In this document: one piece after another, positions 54,501-64,000 of the stretch | How positions within the stretch are numbered: the stretch's first letter is position 1 | How the letters are laid out: every line of letters starts with the position of its first letter | From: Bugula neritina | Lineage: Eukaryota > Animalia > Bryozoa | NCBI GenBank assembly: GCA_964035545.1 | Contig: OZ037765.1 | Coordinates: 19,344,995 to 19,408,994, forward strand | Length of the DNA: 64,000 nucleotides | Direction: 5' to 3' | Program-made: the position numbers and the translations under genes | Notes under the pieces: generated by a model | Databases searched by the model: none | What the model saw: only the letters and a program-made list of their open reading frames with translations | Told to the model about the DNA's origin: nothing

Positions 54501-57500
54501 CAAACTTTGAATCTCAACCTGGCATACATATACTACTAACATGCATACCTGCCCCAGTCAATAGTCCCAAAATGGCTCCTTTTTGGGTAACTATTGGCAT
54601 AAATAGCCCCATTACAAATACACCAACAGTTGGTATCCCAAGCATTGCCCCAAGTCCATAAGCTGTCTGTAAAATAGTAAACATCTTATAGTTGATATAT
54701 TATTCTCTACATAGTACATACATGTATGCCATGCCTCATGGTATATTGTAAAACTCTCATTCATGTTAAAAAATTGGCAAAAGTATTGAGCATGACATAA
54801 ATTATCAAGCGTTTGAACCAATTTTTAGTTTTGACTGCAATCAAGTATGAATTAGCTATTACTAGAAAAATTTGACTATGACATTCTGTTTTAGTTTTTT
54901 AGCAAAACTAAACAGCTAATTAACTAAACTATAACTTATCATTGAGAGTTACTACAGGAGCAGCCGTGATCTAGAGATTAGAGGGCTTCGCTTAGTAAAC
55001 ACGAAGTCATGAGCTTGAACTCTACAAAGATCATTGGTGATGTTAGAAAGAGCATCCAGTCATAATTGCTTCTGTGCCCTATCTGAATAGGTCCTTAATC
55101 CAATTTAACAAACGCCCTTTTCATCAGGGGTTCTTGCAGGGGTAGTGACCATAAACTTGCCTGAGTTACTATACGTGTTTGTATATAAACAATAGTGTTA
55201 TATTTTGATCATGTAATTTGGTATTTAATTTACTAACCAAATGCAGCTGCAGAAACTGAGCTAAATGTTTGAAATGCTATAGTCGGTTAAATGGAAACGG
55301 CTCATGCAATACAAATGTTTGAAGAACAACAGAACCTGTAAAGCAGTTCTGCACACTTATATTATTCGATAAGCTTTTTTTTTAATTTTAAAATTATATG
55401 TTTAAACTTTAAAGAAAAAATAATTACTTGATAATCATAACAATTTGCATAAATATTGAACCAATTGTTCTTGGTGAGTAAAATTGCATATGGGGCTGGT
55501 GCACAATGAAGTGGAAGTATAACTAAGAGGCCATAAAGCAGTTTAGTTGTTTAAAACTGCTATTAGTTTTGAATCTTGCGATATGTATTATGATAAACTA
55601 GCTTTGTGCATTGGTACAGCATGCACAAGCAACAAATTGCATTATTCAATGACAGAACCTGATCACCAGACAAGAGTCAAAACTGCAAAATAGCTAAAGA
55701 TGGTCTTCTATACTTTAAATAGTTCAGCTCCAATGTTCATAGTTAATAGAATCATCGCAATCGCAGCTCCCCCCACACCCAGAGCTATGGTTTTGAAAAG
55801 AACTATGGATTCCCTTTCTGCAAGGTTTGGCCGAAATGATTTGGTCAATTGTAAAATCATCACAGTCTCAGCAGAAATGGTTGCACTCAGAGAACTAAAA
55901 ATGTAATGACTCATTATAATGTAGTGTGTAGTACTGTACAGTCTTTAGTCAAATATCTTTTTGCATTTTCCACAGTCAGTATTAGATTGAGTGAGCATAA
56001 AAAAAGTTAAAACAGCCCATGAAATAGCTAAATGCGTCTAGTTTTCATAATTTGCTTTAATAATGAATGACTGATGAATGCAGCTGCATGAAGGCAATAC
56101 TGTTAGAGACATATTAGAATAAAGGTAACTATATCTTTTGTCTAATTGCGCAATGCAGACCAAAATTTTGCTTTTTGCTTACAGTTTTGCCAAATAAAGT
56201 TGGGACATATTTATATATTATATTGTAGATTTAAAAAATTGTGTCATTTAGCATAATAAATACAGTATGTGTGATATGCAAATTGTTATGTCCGAGAAAA
56301 ATTGTTGCTGATTTTCAAACATCGTTTGTGATTTGCTACAAAACATTCAAGAGAATTGCACAGAAGTTGCTGCATAACTTATAAGAGTTTATTTTAAATG
56401 ATTTTTTATTTCAAGAAAAATGTTTATAAGCAATTTTTATCATAGTTTTACATTAGGCCAAATTAAGATTTCTATTCAATATTACTAAATTATTATTTAT
56501 ATGTGATATACTTCAATAAACTATTGTTTGAGCAGTATACTACACAAAAGTTTAGAATATCAAATTTTAATAAATTATTATTTTGATTGACTGTGATTAT
56601 AATGCATGGTGCAAATCAAGTATAACTTAAATTTATCTGATATCTGATATACTATGTTTATACCTGAGTGATGTGCAAAATAATCCAGAGACAACAAGCC
56701 CGGAGAGACCGGGAAGTTTTTCCAGAAGTTGTGTGATATAATGGGGATACAACTACAAGTATATATTATGTATAAATAATAGCAGCAATGCCATATGTTA
56801 CAGTAATAGAATGATATGGTGCTGTGGTTAAAATTTGGTGATGCAAAGAAAACCCAAAAAACTGTCAGAGTTTACAACTCTAAAAAGTATTGACATAAAT
56901 TCAAAAAGCCTACTGCCAACTGAAATTTTATAGTTTTTAGTTGGTATAATATATAATTAGCAAAATTCCTATGATTTATGTGCGACTTTTACAGTAGGTT
57001 TCAAAGATCTAAGATTTTCATTGTTACGTATTATTATGTAATACACCCTTTTCCTTTAACATTTGATATTCAGTTTTAAAATATCTGTATATAGCTTTAA
57101 TAATACCTGTCCCATTGAAAGTATCTGTCCACTGTTAAGAGGGTCACAGTGTTTGTAATTTGCAAACATGACTAGTCCTGCAAGTGCACAGCCAATTCCA
57201 ATCAAACTCATAAAGAATGCAGTTATACCAAATACTCTGCAATAGATATAATATAACAATACTTCAGGTTAAATATTAGCATATTTGGTAAACATATCGG
57301 ATGAGCGATAGCTAGGTCATTGGGTTCCTTACTGCTAGCAAATAATTATTTGTCTATAGCATCGTTTTTGCTGCTAAATGTTTTACTTAGAATGTACTTC
57401 AATATAGTACGTGTCAAAAAGAAACATACATTATATATAACATTTCATATCATATATTACAGTTAGTCTTTGAGTTGAGCTGTTACTTGTGATTCCCTAC

Positions 57501-57795
57501 ATTTGCAAAGACTCAAGACACACTCTGCTTACATGATATGTTGATGAACATGAAAATTAATAAACATAAAGCAAATTTCCTTACATCCTAATATTCCATT
57601 TGGTCTTTTTCACTGCCATATACATTTGCAAAGAAGTTTGGGAAACACCATATGCACTCGTAAAGTTGATGATGCCGTGAGTGGCCAGGCCCCATATGGT
57701 GTGTCTCATTCTCGGGTCCACAGACAAAAACTTTTTTGGTCTGACAAGGCAATAAATAATTTATTAGTGCGTTATGTAAAATAATCACAAAACCC

Positions 57796-57837
<42 letters not shown>

Positions 57838-60800
57838 AATATATGTATTATAATAAATATGTTTATAAAATATGACAAAATTTTTAATTCATAACTTTTT
57901 CTTGGGATAAAATGTTTCAGCAGTGACTAAATTTAGTAAAGAAATGCTGGTAATACTGGTAACATTAAATAACCTACTCAAGCATGTCAAGGCGGCCACT
58001 TATGTTGTTGATGTTCCATATCTCTAATAAACCACCAGCTTCAATGCTTCCAAATATGAGAACAAATAAAATTCCACTAATCAGAATGAGGGTATGTAAT
58101 ACATTGGTCCATACGACAGCTTTCAGACCACCCTGGAGTAAATACCAGCATTTAAGGTGGAAATGCGTAGGAACTACTTGGTAGCTAGAATAAATAATTG
58201 GCAATAAAAAGCTATATGTGTTAGTAATTCTAAAGTGTAATGAGATGGTTAACCAGCACTCAGTGGTATTTTAGCTTTGAACTTGAGCATCTAAAAACAC
58301 ACATCATTCAGTTTGTAAAACACTGTGAAGCATGAGTAAACATGATTTCTGCTAACCACAATGCTTAATCAATTTTAAAAGTGTGTAATAAATTTCAACT
58401 AAAACGACTTTTAAAAACTATTGTTTAGTGTCCTTGTTGCCCAAGATCTGCCACTTTTGAATTGTATTTTAAAATCTTTACCACTAGTTAAAAAGTTCCG
58501 CAAAACAATTTCTAGCTGCCAAGGTTTTTAAACTAAATCCTGAAAAAGGTATTACATGTCACTATAAACGAGCGAGCGTACAGAATTTGATAATTAAGTA
58601 GCAATTATTAAGAAATTTATCTGCCAAATCCACTTAGAAAATTCTCATTTTGTTTTAGAATTACAACTGTGTAATTTAGAGATAACATAGTAGCTATGAC
58701 TGCAAACACTATTATCAGCTTTTTTCTGATTTCTCTGTTGGGATTTTCCAGTGTGCACTTAGCTAACAAATCTTACGTACTTCAGCTATGGAATAATTAC
58801 TTGGATAAACTGAACATTTATATTACACATAATATTATGAGGAGGGTTTTTTACAGCATAACCTTCTGTAAATACAGTTTATACTATATGCACCAGACTG
58901 TAATTAATTGGAGACGAATTTTCCAGCAACTGCAATATTTGGTACAGTCAACCCAGAGCCAACCAATTAAACTGCTAATCAGTTTCAATTAAAAAAATTG
59001 TACATTCAAAATAAAAACTAATAACTTTAGGACAATTTGCGTTTTGCTTAGACAACTACTACATACACTAAAACATGAAATGGAAAATGCAGCAGCCTTT
59101 ATTGAGACTGTAATTAGAGAGAAAATGCAGCATGTGTAGTATTGTGATTTCCCATGCGCAGCCTGTATGGCCTAAAGGTTAGCCCACCTGCTTGCAAGTT
59201 GAAGGTGTTTTAATCTCAAAAGAGGGATAGGTTTTTACAAAGTGTGAGTAGCATATACATGTACATATATATTACTGTATGTGACTGTATGCACTGCTTA
59301 CCATGACAGTATAAAGTATACCAGTAACTGCGACAACCAGAACTGCCAACCAAAGGTTCATATTTGTCACTGAAAGAGAAAAAATACATATAATTTAAAG
59401 TATGCACATTACTCTTGGCAAAACTTTGCAAATTAGGCTTGGAAAATACACTTTCTTAAGTACAAATTAATTTGTTGCTGACTGTAATTTATAGGTCCAG
59501 AATATAATAGGCAATATTTGCTAGCTTAGTAATTTTCATAATAGAAATGTTTTTAAATACAGCCTGTTGCCTTTATAGTAGCCTGTGCTTATATACAAAT
59601 TTGTTCCATAGCCAAGGCCAAGAACCTTACCTGCAGCAATAGAGAGAGCAGGCTCATAAATAATCAGAGAGGAGAACAGAAGCTATAAAAGATATGTAGA
59701 GTTGATATAAAGTAGTTTTACAGCAATTAGTTGTTAATTTCTTTTAATCTGTCTTGGAAAATTTTGCTATTGCATAATATTCTGAACAATACTTGCTTTT
59801 ATGCTCCCCATAATTTTTAATACAAAAAATATGGAGATAGAATAATATAATGCTATATCATGCATGACACAAGAAAAACCTAGATTAGCTTTATAAGCAA
59901 GCAAATTTATGACAAATAGTAACTGTAAATGCTTAGAACATCTAAGCCATAGAAAATAAAACTAGGCTTACTTTGCAGGTTCGAGCTTGACTTTAAAATA
60001 GGTCTAAATTAAATGATCTCGTGTTGTTACATAGTGCTCTGCAATACCAACTAATGAAATTTTATTACTGTGCATTATTTTAAATATATGAAAATAATGC
60101 ACTCTATTAATTAGAATAACACTACATTTATTATGGAAAATTAAATTAAAATGACTTTAAAAATGAACTCCCTGAACTATATAGCTGGTTAAACATTTTT
60201 ATCACAGTACAGATATATACTCTAGCCATAATTTAAAGTTAAATTAAGTGTGCTGATGTATACTTACTAATTGTAGCAATCCAAACATTATTATCAAATA
60301 CGCTATAATCTTCCCAAATCTCAATTCAGCATACTGAAAAATTGCACATGTCGAACAATATTAAACAATACAAATAACGAAAAAATTTATCCTAGTCAGT
60401 GATATAATCTACAACAAGTTGAATTCAAAGAAAAAAATAGCACTTGAAAAAAGCTGTGTTTTTAGAACCACGCTAAACAAAAATAAATTACGCGTATAAG
60501 TTGCATAAATTGAGATAACTGCTGTACAAATGTGAGAGGTGTAAATTATATATTGCGTACAACAAATTTCTACTAGAGTCTATATACTTTGCTTTTAAAT
60601 GTAAGACTTTTAAAACTTACTTTTAGAAAATAACAAATGAATTGCAAAAGTTTTTTGTTACCCCAATTAAGTAGAAATATTAAGATATAAATACAGGTCA
60701 TTGCATTAAATGTACATTTCAATCAAGTAATACAAAAAAGTGAAAAAAAGTAAAGTATGATTTTCTTAAAAGCACAAATCGAGTAAAACACCTGTTCTTT

Positions 60801-61533
60801 GAATTATAAGTGTTAAATTTGACTGCTCACCTCATATAGGCTGATAATTCCCAGGTTGTCATAAACTGGTAAGAAAAACTTAGCAGCAATAACAATCCCA
60901 ATGGGTTTGAACAAGAAGCTGTAAAGTATGATTGTGCCAAATGTATACACTTCTCCAGGGAGATCTATTACTGTCGTAGAAGAGACAAAACTGAAATTAG
61001 AGAAAAGTATTATAGAAAAGGATGTTAATTGAACATAGCTAAAGAATAAAGTAAACTGCAAGCTAGCTAAACATTGAGCCTATTGCTATTGATATATCAA
61101 AATATGCTCTTTATTTTGGGTTGTGCATCTACTGCTGTATGCTATATTATGAGTGTTTTTATATTATACAAAAATTGCATTTTAATTTATTGAAAGAGAT
61201 TTTATGGCATCAACTTTTACTAGATGATCTAGTAAAAGTTGATACTACAATTTTTTAAATACACTAAACCGCATTTTTTGTATAAAAGCACTCATATATA
61301 TATGTAGCATAAAGGCACAAAGAAATTTTGCAGTAGCTACAAATTATAATTTACCTAACTGCAAGACTGCATGCTACAGGAAACCAATGCATGTTCCTTC
61401 CAGCGAGCAGGTACTCTTTAGTGGTGCTCTGTCTGTTTCCAGTGAAGGCACAGTAGAAGCCGATGGCTATTGAAACGAGCAGGATCATACCAAAGACCAA
61501 ATAGTCCGGCCAACCAAATTGTACCGAGGTCAT
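51515..61533 (-). CDS. SLC5/SSS symporter family, SMCT/NIS-like, divergent tandem paralog B; 15 coding exons, 597 aa
   Basis: Exons: 61533-61355, 60990-60831, 60333-60268, 59682-59631, 59369-59302, 58132-57978, 57740-57585, 57236-57107, 56752-56664, 55894-55714, 54666-54549, 53313-53151, 52831-52731, 52025-51907, 51571-51515. All GT-AG and in frame, 1794 nt, with the same intron positions and phases as paralog A. The last exon is the least certain. Confidence 0.92.
53785..54380. mobile_element. CpG-rich host element into which the MITE inserted, ending in a 12-bp stem-loop
   Basis: GC and CpG-rich sequence continues on both sides of the MITE; hairpin CAGGGTACTCGT (54343-54354) / ACGAGTACCCTG (54366-54377). 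Confidence 0.45.
53848..54197. mobile_element. 350-bp MITE with perfect 73-bp terminal inverted repeats (PIF/Harbinger-like ends), intron 11 of SLC5 B
   Basis: 53848-53920 is the exact reverse complement of 54125-54197 (TAAGCCTAGGGCCACACGG...). CpG-rich relative to the flanks; no transposase ORF. Confidence 0.9.
54955..55167 (+). mobile_element. tRNA-headed SINE, family 1 (intron 10 of SLC5 B)
   Basis: Same consensus; flanking repeat GAGTTACTA at 54946-54954 and 55163-55171, overlapping the element's TGAGTT tail. Confidence 0.85.
57800..57832. repeat. (TA)n microsatellite
   Basis: Direct reading. Confidence 0.9.
59136..59240 (+). repeat. Short tRNA-like dispersed repeat, family 2
   Basis: GTAGTATTGTGATTTCCC leader, TGGCCTAAAGGTTAGCCCACCTGCTTGCAAG, AGGTTTTTACA. 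Confidence 0.55.
61209..61243. repeat. 35-bp palindrome (17-bp perfect arms, 1-nt spacer)
   Basis: ATCAACTTTTACTAGAT-G-ATCTAGTAAAAGTTGAT in intron 1 of SLC5 B. Confidence 0.9.
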
Positions 61534-63330
61534 TGTTTTGTTTTTAGGTGTAAATAGCTACCTGATAATATGATAAATTATATTAATAGTCATAATAAAT
61601 ATAGTATTTAAGTGATTAATGCATATAGACAGTTCCAGCAGTACTTTGCAAGCTGGCATATTTTTTTAAAAAGCTCCAACTTAAATTGGTAAAAAGACAA
61701 GAAAACTAACGAAAATAAATCAAATGTTACACTCAAAAGCAGATGTAAACACCTTTCTATGTTAGCAGGAAAGAAGGCAACAGAAGCATGGTGTCAATAG
61801 AATACACCTTGTCAGATTTCATACAGGGATAGATGATGACACATGTGTTAGAAACTTCATACAGGACACAACTGCATAAGCTTGAAAAACAACAAAATGA
61901 TTGAGAAGGAATGGATAAAAAAGGAAAAGCTCCAAGTAGTCACCACATCAAAAAGTAAGTGGGAACATGCAGGAATGATATTGAAATTGAAAAGGAAACA
62001 GGAAGCCCTCTAAATCAATACTTTCTATTACAGCGAGTTCTGACCAAAAGGAAACAGCAAAGCAGACAAAAGTGACAGGCATGCAATAGATTACCAGGGA
62101 TGAAACTGTGATGAATATACTCAGTAGATAGGAGAAGTTAGCGCAGAGAAAATGTAAGTAAAACAATGGATGAAGACTTGACTTAGTCACTGAGCTGAAT
62201 CAGTAATAGAAAGTTACAGCATAAAAATCTTGATCAATTTTGATGTAGCACCAACACTGTCATTGAGGTTAGGAAGCCTGATATGCAATAGTTTATATAA
62301 GCATTATGCAGCTTCGTTTTTAAACAATAATCCAATTGAACAGAGACAAATCAGAAAAAGATAGTGAAGATAGCTCTGATACTAGAATTCACTGTTGGAA
62401 AACTTTAACAAAAATTACACTCATAGTAATTAGTAGTCCTGGGGCTTGCACAAAAAATTAAAGATTGGATGGCACTACCTGAAATGTATGCAAAAGGTTA
62501 CACAATAATTTAACATACAGTCCTGCTAATACCATGGCCAACATCTGGAAAAATTTCTATTTGTTTTTAACATAATAATACTAGGTTGGTGATAGGAGAC
62601 TGCACTAGTTTGAGCTTTAACAAAACCAAAAATAATAATATTAATAATAGTATAAAAATGTGATAATTATTCACAAGCATTCCCTCAATCAGAGAAGCCA
62701 ACTATAAAATTACTAAAACTGGAACACAGCAAGTGCTTTAAATAAGGGAGCACTACAGTTTAAGCTGTTAAATATAAATCTTAATTAAGCTCTTAGATTG
62801 TAGCTCTAGTAGAATAAGCACAAATTGAGTTTTACCAGAATTCTATACTTAACTACAGATAACACCTAAGACTATGACTATCAAATAATTTTAAAAAACA
62901 TTAATTAATGCTATTGAAGTGTTTAAACATCATCTTACCAAAGAAAGTAAGTGTCTGTTCAAAATACGATTATAAATAATCCACTAACTCTCTTTAATGT
63001 CATATCTGCCAATTGCTATTTCCAAGTACTAAAGCAGTTGCTATTGCAAATGTTGGTTTTGTAATAGCTTGAAGTCAAGCTTTGTTGGTCTGATGATGAA
63101 AATTTACTTTGATGATGTAAATTTGCCAGGATAAGATAGTAACAACTTTGAAAAGATGGTGGTAGCTTCATTATGGTCTAATCATGTGTTGTAGTATCTG
63201 AGCTCATCTTTGTGCTGATAATCAATCATCATGCTTTGTTTGGAATTGCAGCCTGTAACTTCTAAGCTCCATTTGCGGCAGGGTACAAACCCGCATGCTT
63301 TATGTTAATGTAGTTTTATGTGACTCCAAT

Positions 63331-63524
63331 AACTCACGCAAGTTTATAGTCACCGGATCTCTGCGAGAAACCCCTGATGAAAAGGGTTTTTGTTAAATCG
63401 GGTTAAAGACTTATTTAGATGAGGCATAGGAGCAATTATGAGTGGATGCTTTTCCTAAATCACCAATGGCCTTTGCCGGGGATCAAACTCACGACTTTAT
63501 GTTTACTAAGCAAACACTTTAAAC
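63331..63524 (-). mobile_element. tRNA-headed SINE, family 1, with its 5' end interrupted
   Basis: Reverse complement of the family consensus (AACTCACGCAAGTTTATAGTCACC...ATCACCAATGGC...GTTTACTAAGC); the head is cut at about 63524. Confidence 0.85.
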
Positions 63525-63595
63525 CAGGGCTGTCCAACAGATGGAGAGGGGGGCGGATTAGGCCCTCAAGCTATATTTATGTAGCCCCCCAAGTT
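63525..63595 (+). mobile_element. hAT/Charlie-like MITE terminus inserted into the SINE head
   Basis: CAGGGCTGTCCAAC...GGCGGATTAGGCCCTC directly follows CTTTAAAC, an 8-bp hAT-type target. The partner TIR was not found. Confidence 0.5.
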
Positions 63596-63819
63596 ATAGC
63601 AAGTTACAAAATAATTTTCATCCTAAATTTGCTAACTCGTCTGTAACAGCCAACACATAGAATAGTTGAGGGCATCCCACTAAGAATATTATGAATTTCT
63701 ATTAAAATGCAGTTTAAGTTCTTGTACAACACTGTTCTGTGGGTATTGTGCGTGTTGCCTATTTGTCATTGTTTAGCCTGAGATCAAACTACAACCAATA
63801 AACAGCAAGCTAGTCATTA

Positions 63820-64000
63820 TACCCCCTGTTCACACATTGCTGTACCGTACGCCGTAACAGCAAATGTTCGCCATCTTTGGCAACATCCGGGCTGAATCGT
63901 ACCCTGGTATACACGGTGGCGTTGATCAAGCAGTGCTTGATTCAAAAATCACGGCGGGCTCCCATGGGGTAGAGTTGATCTGGTACTAAAATTTAAAGAA
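63820..64000. mobile_element. Possible start of a CpG-rich DNA-transposon-like element truncated by the window edge
   Basis: Abrupt rise in GC and CpG beginning TACCCCCTGTTCACAC; the partner end is not visible. Confidence 0.3.

Noticed and set aside
56069-56105. CTGATGA-ATGCAGCTGCAT-GAAG hammerhead-like motif
   Set aside because: GAAG instead of GAAA and no stem I pairing; likely chance.
61948-62190. 80-aa hydrophobic ORF upstream of SLC5 B
   Set aside because: GTG start, no family motif and no convincing splice partners; hydrophobicity is expected from T-rich sequence.
63371-63400. CTGATGA within the SINE reverse strand as a possible hammerhead
   Set aside because: No GAAA or stem III, and other copies have CTGATGG at this position.

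Overview
AT-rich, intron-rich animal genomic DNA, probably from an invertebrate. It is not prokaryotic, so most short ORFs in the supplied track are noise or exon fragments. Three intact spliced genes lie on the minus strand, reconstructed by hand with GT-AG introns and consistent phases: a 7-exon Iroquois (Irx) TALE-homeobox gene (6486-13850, about 473 aa) and two tandem 15-exon SLC5/SSS transporter paralogs of the SMCT/NIS/SMVT type (30191-46871, 645 aa; 51515-61533, 597 aa). The most interesting non-coding feature is a 271-nt, highly base-paired element in intron 8 of the first SLC5 gene. It carries an intact minimal type I hammerhead ribozyme and is bounded by a direct repeat of the cleavage site, which fits a retrozyme or Penelope-type self-cleaving (circular) RNA unit. 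A decayed second copy lies at about 28.7 kb. The second SLC5 paralog has lost several family-conserved residues, including the WTD aspartate (now N), and has gained acidic residues in hydrophobic segments. The window also holds a tRNA-headed SINE family, a second tRNA-like repeat, nested MITEs and microsatellites.
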